59,214 nucleotides of DNA from Oscillospiraceae bacterium (GCA_031262065.1 JAISIK010000001.1:1-59214), one strand, 5' to 3'; shown: positions 26,321-36,664, numbered from the stretch's first letter. The notes: generated by a model not told the origin, from the letters alone. Translations and numbers: made by a program.

Positions 26321-27068
26321 GGAAACATACCTCCCCGTCGTCATACCAAAGCCTCGTCATATACAGCCCGCCCGGCGGGACGGTCGGTCCTGCAGCCGTG
26401 CGGTCGCCTCCGCGCAGAATCTCGGCAATATTTTCTGCCTTGCCCTCGGCTGCGTAAACAACCGTACCCACCATTGCCCGCGCCATATTATACAAAAAGC
26501 CGTTGGCGCAGACCCGCAAATAAATCAGTTCTCCGTCGCGCTCGACGTCGAAATAGTGCACGGTGCGCACCGTCGATTTGACCTGCGTGCCCACAGAGCG
26601 CACGGCTGCAAAATCATGCGTGCCGACGAAGGCAGACGCGGCACGCTGCATCGCCTTTTCGTCGAGCGCCTTGGGGTAAAACCATGCGCGGTTTACATAA
26701 AATGGGTCGCGAATGTGGGAATTAAAAATTTGATAGGTATACTCTTTGCGCACGCACGAGCCGATGGCGTTAAAGCCGTCGTGCACCTGCAGCGCGCGGG
26801 TCACAACAATATCCGGCGGCAAATGCGTGTTAAGCGCATAGGGCAGGCGCTCGGTGGGAATACGCGAATCGGTGCGGAAGTTGGCGACGTATACCCGCGC
26901 ATGAACGCCTGCGTCGGTTCTGCCGCAGCCGACGATATGCACGCGGTGTCCGACTACCTTGCCTGTCGCCTCTTCGAGGGTCTGCCCGACGGTTCGCTCC
27001 GTCTTTTGCACCTGCCAGCCGTGGTATGCTGTGCCTTCATATTTCAAAAACAGAGCGATATTCCGCAC
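26313..27068 (-). CDS. truA: tRNA pseudouridine(38-40) synthase
   Basis: YEGT.YHGWQ.Q, GRTDAGVHA, GTHDF, NGFLYNM.R. Confidence 0.96.
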   Translation of the reverse strand: MRNIALFLKYEGTAYHGWQVQKTERTVGQTLEEATGKVVGHRVHIVGCGRTDAGVHARVYVANFRTDSRIPTERLPYALNTHLPPDIVVTRALQVHDGFNAIGSCVRKEYTYQIFNSHIRDPFYVNRAWFYPKALDEKAMQRAASAFVGTHDFAAVRSVGTQVKSTVRTVHYFDVERDGELIYLRVCANGFLYNMARAMVGTVVYAAEGKAENIAEILRGGDRTAAGPTVPPGGLYMTRLWYDDGEVCFHV

Positions 27069-27080
27069 AGCAATATCTCC

Positions 27081-27884
27081 TTACAATCCAAAATGGCACA
27101 GGACAATCACGCCTGCAAGCAGCAGTGCACCGACAAGCAGGACTGCAAAATCGCCCCTTGCGTAGTGCAGCTGCTTCATCTTCGTGCGCCCCTGCCCGCC
27201 GTGATAGCAGCGGCATTCCATGGCGTCCGCCAATTCGTCGGCGCGGCGAAACGCGCTGACAAACAGCGGCACAAGAATCGGCACAAGTGCCTTGGCGCGG
27301 CGAAACAAATTCCCCGATTCAAAATCCGCGCCCCGCGCCTTTTGCGCAGCTACAATCTTATCGGTTTCCTCAATGAGCGTGGGGATAAAGCGAAGCGCTA
27401 TGCTCATCATCATCGAAAGCTCGTGCACCGGGAAGCGAATCTTCTTCAGGGGCTTTAGGAGCGACTCCAAGCCGTCCGTCAGCGCGATGGGCGAGGTGGT
27501 ATAGGTCAGCAAAAACGTGCCCATCACGAGCATCATAATGCGCAGCACAAGGAAGAAGGCGTTGATGACCCCCTCTTTCGTGATGGTAAAAACCCAGAAG
27601 GAGACGAGCGGCTCGCCGCCCGAATAGAAGAGGTTCAGCACCGCAGTGAAGATAATGATAATCAGCAGGGGCTTTAAGCCCTTGAGAAGTGCGCGGGGCT
27701 TGATGCGGGAGATTGCCACCGCCGTGACTAAAAACGCCAACATCAGGGCGTAAGACACATAGGATTTTGCCAAAAACAGGGCGACGATGTACACAATGAC
27801 CATCAAAATCTTCGTGCGCGGGTCGAGCCTGTGCACAAGGGTCGTTCCGGGAAAATACTGCCCAAGGGTAATGTCTTTAAGCAT
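27081..27884 (-). CDS. ecfT: ECF transporter transmembrane component
   Basis: LDPRTK, IALRFIP, AQKARG, AMECRCY. Confidence 0.95.
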   Translation of the reverse strand: MLKDITLGQYFPGTTLVHRLDPRTKILMVIVYIVALFLAKSYVSYALMLAFLVTAVAISRIKPRALLKGLKPLLIIIIFTAVLNLFYSGGEPLVSFWVFTITKEGVINAFFLVLRIMMLVMGTFLLTYTTSPIALTDGLESLLKPLKKIRFPVHELSMMMSIALRFIPTLIEETDKIVAAQKARGADFESGNLFRRAKALVPILVPLFVSAFRRADELADAMECRCYHGGQGRTKMKQLHYARGDFAVLLVGALLLAGVIVLCHFGL

Positions 27885-28743
27885 TTGCAGCGCCCTCCTT
27901 CAGGGAGAGCAGCTGCGCGAGCGCCTGCTGCGTGGTGTATGCGGCAGTATCGACAGGCACGCCCAGCGACTGCAGTTCGAGAAGCAGCTGCGTCACCTGC
28001 GGCACTTCCAGCCCAATCTCCCGCAGGCACTTCGCCTGCGCAAAGACCTCGCCCGGCGCGCCGCTGAGCGCAATAGCGCCGTCACGCAGCACGAGCAGGC
28101 GGTCCGCCAGCTTCGCCACATCGTCCATCGAGTGGCTGACCATAATAATCGTCGCATTGTTCGCCCGCCGATAGGCACAAATATTCTCTAAAATATCGGC
28201 GCAGCCGGCGGGGTCAAGCCCGGCGGTCGGCTCGTCAAATATCACAATTTCCGGCTCCATGGCAATCACGCCCGCGATTGCCACGCGGCGTTTCTGCCCG
28301 CCCGACAGGTCGAAGGGCGATACTTCCAAAAGCGCCTCGGGGACGCCGACAAAGCCCGCCGCGCGGTGAACCCGCGCACGAACCTCGTCTGCATCCAGCC
28401 CCATATTCTTCGGACCGAAGGCTATATCCTTATACACCGTTTCCTCAAAAAGCTGATATTCCGGGTACTGAAACACCAGCCCCACGCGAAAGCGTGCCTC
28501 GCGGGTGGCTTTTTTATCGCGCCAAATGCTCTGCCCGCCCAGCAAAACGTCGCCCTGCGTGGGCTTGAGCAGACCGTTTAGGTGCTGAATCAGCGTGGAT
28601 TTCCCCGAACCCGTATGTCCGATAATGCCCAAAAATTCGCCGGGCTGCACAGTGAAATTCAGCGCATGAATCGCCTCGTGTTCAAAGGGCGTGCCCACGC
28701 TGTAAGTATGAGAAAGGTTTTTGACCTCGATGCTTACTGACAA
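27877..28743 (-). CDS. ecfA2: ECF transporter ATPase A2
   Basis: GHTGSGKST, FQYPEYQLF, LSGGQKRR, DEPTAGLDP; TTG start with GGAGG. Confidence 0.93.
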   Translation of the reverse strand: MSVSIEVKNLSHTYSVGTPFEHEAIHALNFTVQPGEFLGIIGHTGSGKSTLIQHLNGLLKPTQGDVLLGGQSIWRDKKATREARFRVGLVFQYPEYQLFEETVYKDIAFGPKNMGLDADEVRARVHRAAGFVGVPEALLEVSPFDLSGGQKRRVAIAGVIAMEPEIVIFDEPTAGLDPAGCADILENICAYRRANNATIIMVSHSMDDVAKLADRLLVLRDGAIALSGAPGEVFAQAKCLREIGLEVPQVTQLLLELQSLGVPVDTAAYTTQQALAQLLSLKEGAANA

Positions 28744-29606
28744 GTTGCGTTTCCTCCCGGTTCTCCCAAGAAATTGCGAAGCGTCTGCGCGCACTCTTGC
28801 ACAGAAAGTCCGTCAAGCGGAAGATGGTAGCCCGCCTGATTGAGTGCATACAGCAATTCGGTGGTATTCGGGACGCCCAGCCCCGCACTGCGCATCAGCT
28901 CCACCTGCGAAAACACCTGCTTTGCCGTGCCGTCTGCAAGAATTCTACGCTCGTCCATCACAATCACGCGGTCGGCGCGGGTTGCCTCGATCATGTGGTG
29001 CGTAATCAAAATGACGGTAATCCCATTCTCGCGAGCCAGCCGCTCGATGGTGTCGAGCACCTCTTTTCTGCCTTGCGGGTCGAGCATGGCAGTCGGCTCG
29101 TCAAGCACGATGCAGCGCGGACGCATTGCAATCACGCCCGCAATGGCTATGCGCTGCTTCTGTCCGCCGGAGAGCAAATGCGGCGCATGCGTACGGTACT
29201 CATACATGCCCACCGTCTTGAGCGCGTCGTCCACGCGCTGCCGAATCTCCGCAGAGGGCACGCCGAGGTTTTCCGGCGCGAAGGCAATATCCTCCTCGAC
29301 CACATTCGCGACCATCTGGTTGTCCGGGTTTTGAAAAACCATGCCGACGGTGCGGCGAATCTCCAGTATTTGCGCCTCGTCCGTCGTGTCCAGTCCGAAA
29401 ACCCATACACTGCCGCCGCTTGGCAGCAAAATCGCGTTAAAGTGCTTCGCTAAGGTGGATTTGCCGCTGCCGTTACGCCCGAGCACCGCCACAAAGCTCC
29501 CCTGTTCAATCGACAGGTTCAGCCCATCGAAAACCCAGGCGCTGTCCTCGCCGCTGCGGGAGGGGTAGGCATATTGTAAATTCTTTACTGCAATTGCTTC
29601 GCTCAT
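28734..29606 (-). CDS. ecfA1: ECF transporter ATPase A1
   Basis: GRNGSGKST, FQNPDNQ, LSGGQKQR, DEPTAMLDP; start MSEAIAV. Confidence 0.93.
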   Translation of the reverse strand: MSEAIAVKNLQYAYPSRSGEDSAWVFDGLNLSIEQGSFVAVLGRNGSGKSTLAKHFNAILLPSGGSVWVFGLDTTDEAQILEIRRTVGMVFQNPDNQMVANVVEEDIAFAPENLGVPSAEIRQRVDDALKTVGMYEYRTHAPHLLSGGQKQRIAIAGVIAMRPRCIVLDEPTAMLDPQGRKEVLDTIERLARENGITVILITHHMIEATRADRVIVMDERRILADGTAKQVFSQVELMRSAGLGVPNTTELLYALNQAGYHLPLDGLSVQECAQTLRNFLGEPGGNATCQ

Positions 29607-29610
29607 AAAA

Positions 29611-30477
29611 CTATCCCCGTTTCGTCCATCTCCCGCTTGCGCCGCAGGGCAGGACAAGCCCGGACTCCCGAATGGGGATTCCCAGCTCCTGCGACTGCGT
29701 CGCGCCGCCATGCACGGGTTTGAGCACACTGTCCAAAAGGCAGGACAGCACCGAAGGGGCAAGCCCCGTTGTGTACGAATTGAGCAGGAAAAACAGCGGC
29801 TCGTCCGACAGCACGCCCGCAACGAGCTGCAAAAAGGGGAAAATATCCTTCTCCAGCTTCCAAAGCTCGCCCGACGGTCCGCGCCCGTAGGACGGCGGGT
29901 CCATAATCACTGCATCGTAGCGCTTGCCGCGCTTGATCTCCCGTTCGACGAATTTTGCGCAATCGTCCACAATCCAGCGAATCTGCGCCTCGGCAAGCCC
30001 GGAGGATGCTGCGTTCTCCCTAGCCCATGCAACCATGCCCTTTGCTGCGTCCACATGGCAAACCGATGCGCCCGCAGACGCAGCTGCAAGCGTCGCTGCG
30101 CCGGTGTAGGCAAAGAGGTTCAGCACACGAATCGGGCGCCCTGCAGCGCGAATCTGCTGCCGAATAAAGTCCCAGTTGCACGCCTGCTCGGGAAATACGC
30201 CCGTGTGCTTAAAATTCATGGGCTTAATATTGAAGGTTAAGTCGCCGTAGCGGATCTGCCAGCGCTCCGGCACACGCTTCTTCGCCCACTGCCCGCCGCC
30301 GCTGCTTGCGCGGGAATAGCGGGCGTCGTGCTCGCGCCATGCGCGGTTTGTGCGCGGTGCAGACCAAATCACCTGCGGGTCGGGACGCACCAGAAAATAG
30401 TCGCCCCAGCGTTCTAGTTTTTCTCCGTCTGAAGCGTCGAGCACCTCATAATCTTTCCATGCGTCTGCTAACCACAT
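29611..30477 (-). CDS. Class I SAM-dependent methyltransferase (RlmI/RlmK-related)
   Basis: FKHTGVFPEQ, VLNLFAYTG, IMDPPSYG; start MWLADAW. Confidence 0.88.
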   Translation of the reverse strand: MWLADAWKDYEVLDASDGEKLERWGDYFLVRPDPQVIWSAPRTNRAWREHDARYSRASSGGGQWAKKRVPERWQIRYGDLTFNIKPMNFKHTGVFPEQACNWDFIRQQIRAAGRPIRVLNLFAYTGAATLAAASAGASVCHVDAAKGMVAWARENAASSGLAEAQIRWIVDDCAKFVEREIKRGKRYDAVIMDPPSYGRGPSGELWKLEKDIFPFLQLVAGVLSDEPLFFLLNSYTTGLAPSVLSCLLDSVLKPVHGGATQSQELGIPIRESGLVLPCGASGRWTKRG

Positions 30478-30490
30478 GTGCGCTTCCTCA

Positions 30491-33136
30491 TCATTCTCTC
30501 TCGATTTTTCTCCAAGCATCGATTTCTATGCGACGGTGTCCGTACCAGTCCGTGATTTCGTTTTGATCCGGCGGGATGATCGGAATCGTCGGCTCTGTGG
30601 GCTCTGTGGATTCCTCCGTCGGGTCGGTGGATTCCTCCGTTGGGTTAGTAGACTCCTCCGTCGGGTCGGTGTTCGGCTCTTCTTCGGTATGCAAATCGCA
30701 GAGGATTTCCAACTGCTCAGGCTTAATCACAAAGTCCTTGTCGCGATTCACCTTCCAGTCCTCATTAAAGAGGAGCATGCCGACTTCCGTAACCTTGTTG
30801 CCCTCGGCAAGTTCGCAGAACTCGGTGGCGATTTTCCCGCTCTCTTCGCAAATCTTCACCATTACATGGCAGTTGCACTCCGCAGTCGGCGCATCGCCGT
30901 AGAACAGGCGTATGGATACCGCGCGACTTTCTCCGCGCATATCCTTCTCGCAAGCCTCCGTGGCAAGCAGACCGCTGTCTTGACAGACTTTATACGAGCC
31001 GACGCCGTCGGGCTGCAGGAAAGAGCGATTCTCCAAGCCCTCGTGCAGGACGGACATGACCTGCTTCCACATCGTAATCGCAGGATTCGTCCACGAGCCG
31101 TCGAGCACAACCTCTTCCGGCTGGTCATAGCCGCACCAGACCACCGCCGTGTAATACGGCGTGTATCCTGCAAACCATCTGTCCTGATTCGAGCCGCTGG
31201 TGCCGGTTTTTCCGGCGGTGCTCATGCTGTCGAGCCGCGCGGTGTAGCCTGTGCCGTACTGCGTGGCACGTTCGAGCATATAGTTTACATAATAATTCGC
31301 CTTCGCGCCGATGGCGGTGTGGCTCTCCTGCCGATTGTCCAAAATCGTCTTACCCTCGGCATCGACCACCAGCGAATAGGAACGCGCTTCGCGGAAGACG
31401 CCGTTATTGGGGAACACCGCAAACGCCTGCGTCATCTCGCGCACGGTCAAGCCCTTGGTCTGCTGCCCAAGCCCCAAGGGGGCAAGGGAAATATCCGAAT
31501 AGGTCTGCCCGCCGGTTTCCATATGGTCAACAAGCGTGGTAATGCCCATCTTCTGCGTGAGGAAATCGTAGCTGTTCTGCGCGCCCAAATCCGCAAGCAC
31601 CTTGACGGAAATCGTGTTCAGTGAGCCGGTCACGCCGTTTAGCACATTTGTCGTTCCGCTGTAGCTGCGCGAATCGTTATAGGGCCATGTGTCGTTGTAG
31701 GGCGAGTCCTCATAAGCGGTTGCCGGGGTGATAATGCCCGCCTCAAGCGCAGGGGCGTAAACGGAAATGGGCTTAATCGAAGAGCCGGTCGGCAAAGTGC
31801 TCATCGTTGCGCGGTTGAGCGTCAGGCTGCCGGTTTTTTCGCCTACGCCGCCCGCCATGGCAATAATATCGCCGGTTTCGTTATCCACAATGACAATCGC
31901 AGACTGCAACTGCTGGGTACTGACGGTCTTGGGAAGATTCTCTAAATTGGTATACACCCTATCCACCGTCGCCTGCACGTCGGGATTCAGGGTAGAATAA
32001 ATCTTATAGCCGCCGGAAAGGATTTTCTGCGCCGCAGCCAATTCGCTGTAGCCGTATTTTTCCATCAAATCGTTCAGCACATCGCGGTAAACCGTATCGA
32101 CAAAGTAGGAATAATAATTGTTCGAGGAAATCGCGTGATTCACCGTCTCGCATTCGGGGCAGAGATAGTCGCCGTCTTCAGTATTGCGGTAGTCCGCCTT
32201 CACGCCCGTGAAGCCGCACTGTGCGCATTCGTAGCTCTTTTCAAGGTAGCGCCCGTTGCGGAAGACCATCTCCTGCTCCTTGGCTGCTGTATACGCCTTT
32301 TCAGTCGGAATATAGCCCTGGCTGTACATTTCCGAAAGGATGGTCAGCTGGCGGTTGCGGTTATTCTCTTCGTTGATATAGGGATCGAAAATAGAGGGGT
32401 TGTTTGTAATTGCAATGAGGCTTGCGCATTCGGCGGTCGTCAGCTCCGACACGTCCTTGGCAAAGTACACCTGCGCGGCGCTCTGCACGCCGTAGCAGCC
32501 CTCGCCGAGGTAAATCGTGTTGAGATACCACTCCATGATTTCCTTTTTGCTATAGCGCTCCTCCACGGCAAGTGCGCGGAAAATCTCCTGCATCTTGCGG
32601 TTGACGGTTACATCATCTTCCTGCGTGATATTCTTAATGAGCTGCTGGGTAATGGTCGATGCGCCGTAAGACGAATCGCCGCCCGCAAAATTGCTGATTG
32701 CGGCAAGCGTGCGCCACCAGTCAACGCCGCTGTGCTCATTGAAGCGCTTGTCCTCAATGGCGACCGCCGCATTGACCAAATCCGTGGGGATTTCATCGTA
32801 AGAAACCCACACGCGGTTTTCCGTGGCATAGAGCTGCTGCAGCTCGCGGTATTCCCCCGTCTGCGGGTCGGTGTAGTAGATAAAAGAGGTCTGATTCAGA
32901 GAAATATTGTCAAGCCCGAGGTTATCCCCGAATTCTTCCGAATCGGGGATCATATCCGCTTTCAGATAGTCGGTGAGTTTCGACATAAAAATCGAGCCGG
33001 AAATCGCAGCAACCAGCAGCGCTGTTCCCAGCAAGCTCAGCAGCACCAATACAATTTTTCCGAGCACGTTGAGCGCGATCCGCGCAATGCGCCACGCCGT
33101 TTGCGAAGCCTTTCCCGCTTTCTTGTTCTTCTTCAT
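30491..33136 (-). CDS. Class A penicillin-binding protein (PBP1A family)
   Basis: Transglycosylase motifs EDKRF..H.G, GASTITQQ, RK..E; transpeptidase SSIK, SLN, KTG; Cys-rich C-terminal region. Confidence 0.95.
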   Translation of the reverse strand: MKKNKKAGKASQTAWRIARIALNVLGKIVLVLLSLLGTALLVAAISGSIFMSKLTDYLKADMIPDSEEFGDNLGLDNISLNQTSFIYYTDPQTGEYRELQQLYATENRVWVSYDEIPTDLVNAAVAIEDKRFNEHSGVDWWRTLAAISNFAGGDSSYGASTITQQLIKNITQEDDVTVNRKMQEIFRALAVEERYSKKEIMEWYLNTIYLGEGCYGVQSAAQVYFAKDVSELTTAECASLIAITNNPSIFDPYINEENNRNRQLTILSEMYSQGYIPTEKAYTAAKEQEMVFRNGRYLEKSYECAQCGFTGVKADYRNTEDGDYLCPECETVNHAISSNNYYSYFVDTVYRDVLNDLMEKYGYSELAAAQKILSGGYKIYSTLNPDVQATVDRVYTNLENLPKTVSTQQLQSAIVIVDNETGDIIAMAGGVGEKTGSLTLNRATMSTLPTGSSIKPISVYAPALEAGIITPATAYEDSPYNDTWPYNDSRSYSGTTNVLNGVTGSLNTISVKVLADLGAQNSYDFLTQKMGITTLVDHMETGGQTYSDISLAPLGLGQQTKGLTVREMTQAFAVFPNNGVFREARSYSLVVDAEGKTILDNRQESHTAIGAKANYYVNYMLERATQYGTGYTARLDSMSTAGKTGTSGSNQDRWFAGYTPYYTAVVWCGYDQPEEVVLDGSWTNPAITMWKQVMSVLHEGLENRSFLQPDGVGSYKVCQDSGLLATEACEKDMRGESRAVSIRLFYGDAPTAECNCHVMVKICEESGKIATEFCELAEGNKVTEVGMLLFNEDWKVNRDKDFVIKPEQLEILCDLHTEEEPNTDPTEESTNPTEESTDPTEESTEPTEPTIPIIPPDQNEITDWYGHRRIEIDAWRKIERE
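30603..30670 (-). repeat. Coding tandem repeat (~21-bp unit, PTEEST[N/D/E]) in the PBP1A tail
   Basis: Protein reads DPTEESTNPTEESTDPTEESTEPTEPT. Confidence 0.85.
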
Positions 33137-33372
33137 GGTATCTCCCTCCGCGTGTCCCGCGCATCGCGGGTATTTTTACACGATTCGTCCTATAAAACAC
33201 CTTTGCGCAGCAAAACCCCTGCGCAAAGGTCATAGCTTCCATTTTATCTTATCATTATATCATGTTTGTCAAATCTGTATGTATATCTTCTGCAAATAAA
33301 TCTTGCGCCACCGCGCGGGATTTTCTTTCATCATTTTCACTTTTCGGGACAAGCTAAGAGCGGGTGATAAGA

Positions 33373-33633
33373 ATGCTGAAAAAAATCTGTCTTGCAATCC
33401 TTGCAGCTGCGTTATGCGCAGCGCTGGCGCTTCCCGCAGCAGCAGCGCGCTATCGTTTGGGCGAGAATAACGGCTTTGTCGCTGTGTTTGACGCCGAAAG
33501 CGGCAAAATCCTCGAGCAAACCGAAACGCCGCTTTCCTCCCTGCCGCCGACCGACGCGCAGAGCATTCGCAGCGGTCTCTTCTTTGAGGACGCACGGGAA
33601 TTGGCGTCGGCGATAGAAAATTTTTGTTCTTGA
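33373..33633 (+). CDS. Small secreted protein with a BofC C-terminal-like domain
   Basis: Signal peptide followed by YRLGENNGFVAVF...T.TP..SLP..D...I..G.....E....IENF.S, resembling BofC_C. Confidence 0.6.
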   Translation: MLKKICLAILAAALCAALALPAAAARYRLGENNGFVAVFDAESGKILEQTETPLSSLPPTDAQSIRSGLFFEDARELASAIENFCS

Positions 33634-33709
33634 TGCAGCCGTTTTCCCCTTGATTTTCTCCTGCCCAGGCGATACAATACAAAGCAGTACAGCAAGGAGG
33701 ATTACAAGG

Positions 33710-33994
33710 ATGGATCAAGAATTCGGTAACGATGTAATTTCCATCGTCGATGAAGACGGCGTTGAATACGAACTGGAAGTGCTTTCGACCGTCAATTATA
33801 ACGGCGCTGATTACTACGCACTCGCCCCGCTGGACGAGGGCGAAGATGCAGAGGAGATCGAAGTCAGCATTCTCAAATCCGTCGTTGAAGACGGCGAGCC
33901 GCTGCTTGTGGCAGTGGAAGACGAGGCGGAATTGGAAGCTGTTTACGACCTTTTGATGGACGCAATGTACGACGAGGAGGATGAGGAGGAGTAA
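33710..33994 (+). CDS. DUF1292 acidic protein
   Basis: DEDGVEYELEVL....YNG.DY.AL.P; very acidic; AGGAGG RBS. Confidence 0.85.
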   Translation: MDQEFGNDVISIVDEDGVEYELEVLSTVNYNGADYYALAPLDEGEDAEEIEVSILKSVVEDGEPLLVAVEDEAELEAVYDLLMDAMYDEEDEEE

Positions 33995-34029
33995 TTCCTT
34001 TTCATTGGACGTAAAATTGCACACGTTGT

Positions 34030-34224
34030 TCCCTGCCGGGTGCGTGATAGTCCCCTTTAAACCCACATTTTTTACTCGGGATGTCAGATATTCTGCGCTG
34101 GATTGCAGGCCTCCCGCTCCGGCTTTGACCGTGAGTGGATGTTGGAAGCAGCTAAGGCGCGGAGAGACAACCCACCTGCCATTGCGTGCAGGTTATAAAT
34201 GGGGCTACACGGCTTTGGCGGGGA
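34030..34224 (+). ncRNA. ssrS: 6S RNA
   Basis: ~195 nt. Terminal stem TCCCTGCC/GGCGGGGA, GCGTG...CACGGC pairing and the CCCACCTG...CAGGTT element typical of Firmicute 6S RNA. tcdA (yrvM), a neighbour of B. subtilis 6S-1, lies nearby. Confidence 0.8.
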
Positions 34225-34334
34225 TTCGTCTGCCCATTTTCAAGCGTCCCTTGCGATTATCCCATATTGCCGCGCCGCGCGCATGAATAATCTGTAAATT
34301 CGAAAACTTTTTGCCCTATTTTTTCAGTTAACAC

Positions 34335-34363
34335 TTGAAACAAGTCGAATTTCACGCTATAAT
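34335..34363 (+). promoter_or_regulatory. Sigma-A promoter
   Basis: TTGAAA-17 bp-TATAAT. Confidence 0.7.
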
Positions 34364-34402
34364 GACTCTTGCTATTCCCATGAATGAGAGGTTTATTTAG
34401 AT

Positions 34403-35881
34403 ATGAGTGCTTCACGCGAAAGAAAGAATCGCGCACAGCAGGACATGCCTGCCGCGAAAAAATCCGCAAAGAAAAAGAAAAAGCTCAATGAGGGCGCGGT
34501 TTTTGCCATTTGCTTCATTTCGATTCTCGTCCTTGTCATCGGCGGCATTATCGGCTACCGCGCCTACTGGAGATGCCGCCCCATCGTCACCATCGGCGAT
34601 CACGAAATCACCGCAGCGCAGTTTAACTACTACTACCGCGGCGCGGTCGATGAGATGTACAACAGCTACGGCTCGTATCTGTCGATGTTCGGGCTGGATA
34701 CCTCGAAGGGTCTGAAAGAGCAATCCGCCGGTGCTGACGCAGACGGCAAGGACGTCTCTTGGGCGGAGTCTTTTGCAGATACCGCGCAGGCAGCCGTCGT
34801 GGCGCAGTACACCATGTATGACATGGCTATGGCGGACGGCTTCGTTCTGAGCGAAGAGATCAAGGCGGATCTGGAGGCAGAGATTGAAGCTGTGAAAGGC
34901 TATGCTGCGCAAAACGGTCTGTCTGCAGACGATTATTTAGAAGCCATTTACGGCAAGGGCGCTACCCTTGAGAGCTTCCGCGAGTATCAAACCGTCGCGC
35001 ACACCTACTCGGAATATGTCAATGCGCAAACCCATACCGACGAAGAAATTGCCGCTCGCTACGCAGCAGAGCCGACGGATTTCGACACCGTCAGCTACAA
35101 CCTGTACACCGTGAAGGCGTCTGACTTCGTCGAGGCGGCAGAAGACGGCACGACCCCCGCAGTTACGGACGCAGAGCGCACGGAAGCGAAGGAAGCCGCG
35201 GAGAAAATGGTCAGCGCATTCGACGCAGACGACGAAAAAGTCACGCGCTACGACTATCGCACGAAAGAGGAAGTGACCTCTGCCACCACCGAAGACGCAG
35301 CGAACTGGCTCTACACGGAAGCGGACCTCAACGGCACCTTCGTCAAACTTTTCAATAACGAAGACACCTACTACGTCCTGCAGCTCATCGACTACAGCGA
35401 CAACGACTACGACACCGCCAATATCCTCCAGCTCTTTATCGCAGACGATGCCGAGGATGCAGTTCTTGCAGAGGGCGATCTGACTGCGCAGGAGCGCGTG
35501 GACGCTGTGACCGCCGCACTGAAGGAAAACAGCTCCGAGGAGAACTTCCTTGCGCTCGTAGAGCAGTACACCGACTCCACCGCCGACGCCAGCAAGCTCT
35601 CCGGCGTCTCGCGCAGAGACTCCTCCATCCCCGAGGTTGTGCAGTGGCTTTTCGATAAAACCCCGAAGGTGGGCGACTATGACATCTTCGCCATTGACGG
35701 CGGCACCTACTTCCTGATGTACACCGGCGCGGGCGAGAACTACAAACACCACCTTGTCGAAGAGAAGTTAACCGAAGAATGGTACAACGCGGCAATCGAA
35801 GCGGCTGTATATGTCTACGATGCAAAGGCAGCCATGCACGCCAATGTTGACCTGATTCTCAACGAGATTTACGGCAGCTGA
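34403..35881 (+). CDS. Membrane-anchored PrsA/SurA-like foldase (probable)
   Basis: Lys-rich N-terminus, TM segment, VTIGDHEIT..QFNYYY SurA-N-like region and degenerate parvulin-like acidic domains. Confidence 0.65.
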   Translation: MSASRERKNRAQQDMPAAKKSAKKKKKLNEGAVFAICFISILVLVIGGIIGYRAYWRCRPIVTIGDHEITAAQFNYYYRGAVDEMYNSYGSYLSMFGLDTSKGLKEQSAGADADGKDVSWAESFADTAQAAVVAQYTMYDMAMADGFVLSEEIKADLEAEIEAVKGYAAQNGLSADDYLEAIYGKGATLESFREYQTVAHTYSEYVNAQTHTDEEIAARYAAEPTDFDTVSYNLYTVKASDFVEAAEDGTTPAVTDAERTEAKEAAEKMVSAFDADDEKVTRYDYRTKEEVTSATTEDAANWLYTEADLNGTFVKLFNNEDTYYVLQLIDYSDNDYDTANILQLFIADDAEDAVLAEGDLTAQERVDAVTAALKENSSEENFLALVEQYTDSTADASKLSGVSRRDSSIPEVVQWLFDKTPKVGDYDIFAIDGGTYFLMYTGAGENYKHHLVEEKLTEEWYNAAIEAAVYVYDAKAAMHANVDLILNEIYGS

Positions 35882-35889
35882 ATATCTGC

Positions 35890-35924
35890 ACGGGGCGTTG
35901 CAAATCGCAACGCCCCGTTTTTTT
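35890..35924 (+). terminator. Intrinsic terminator
   Basis: ACGGGGCGTTGC-loop-GCAACGCCCCGT followed by a T run. Confidence 0.8.
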
Positions 35925-35938
35925 AAGGAGGGAAAGGT

Positions 35939-36658
35939 ATGCAACAGTTTATCCGCACGGAAATGATGCTCGGCAGGCAGGCAATGGAGCGCCTTTCAAA
36001 GGCGCACGTGATTGTATTCGGGATTGGCGGCGTGGGGAGCTATGCAGCGGAGGCGCTTGCTAGGGCGGGCGTTGCCGCGCTGACGCTCGTGGATAACGAC
36101 ACCATCAGCGAATCGAATATCAATCGCCAGCTCTGCGCCCTGCACTCAACCGTCGGTCAGTACAAATCCGATGTAATGGCGGCGCGTGTGCGCGATATTA
36201 ACCCCGCCTGCAGCGTCACATCCATGCCGGAGCTCTACAACGAGGAGCGAAAAGAGCTGTTCTTTTCACAGTCGTATGACTATATTGTCGATGCCATCGA
36301 CCTCGTTTCCTGCAAGCTCAGCCTGATTCAAACCGCCAAGGAGCGCGGCATACCCATCATCAGCGCCATGGGCACGGGCAACAAGCTCGACCCTTCCCGC
36401 TTCGCAATTACGGACATATCGAACACCAGCGGCTGCAAACTCGCCCGCGTGGTACGCCGCGAACTGCGCGCGCGGGGGATCACGCAGCACACGGTGCTCT
36501 TCAGCGACGAGCCGCCCTGCACGCCCCTCCCGCTCGAAACCCCGCCGCCGGGCAGAAGAAGCGTCCCGGCTTCCGTTTCGTGGGTGCCCTCCTGCGCAGG
36601 ACTGATGCTCGCGGGCTATGTCATTCGTGAACTCACACACCCGCAGGGCTGCGCATAA
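35939..36658 (+). CDS. tcdA: tRNA threonylcarbamoyladenosine dehydratase (ThiF family)
   Basis: GIGGVGSYAAEALAR.G, SNINRQ, DAID, SAMGTGNKLDP. Confidence 0.92.
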   Translation: MQQFIRTEMMLGRQAMERLSKAHVIVFGIGGVGSYAAEALARAGVAALTLVDNDTISESNINRQLCALHSTVGQYKSDVMAARVRDINPACSVTSMPELYNEERKELFFSQSYDYIVDAIDLVSCKLSLIQTAKERGIPIISAMGTGNKLDPSRFAITDISNTSGCKLARVVRRELRARGITQHTVLFSDEPPCTPLPLETPPPGRRSVPASVSWVPSCAGLMLAGYVIRELTHPQGCA

Positions 36659-36664
36659 CGCATA

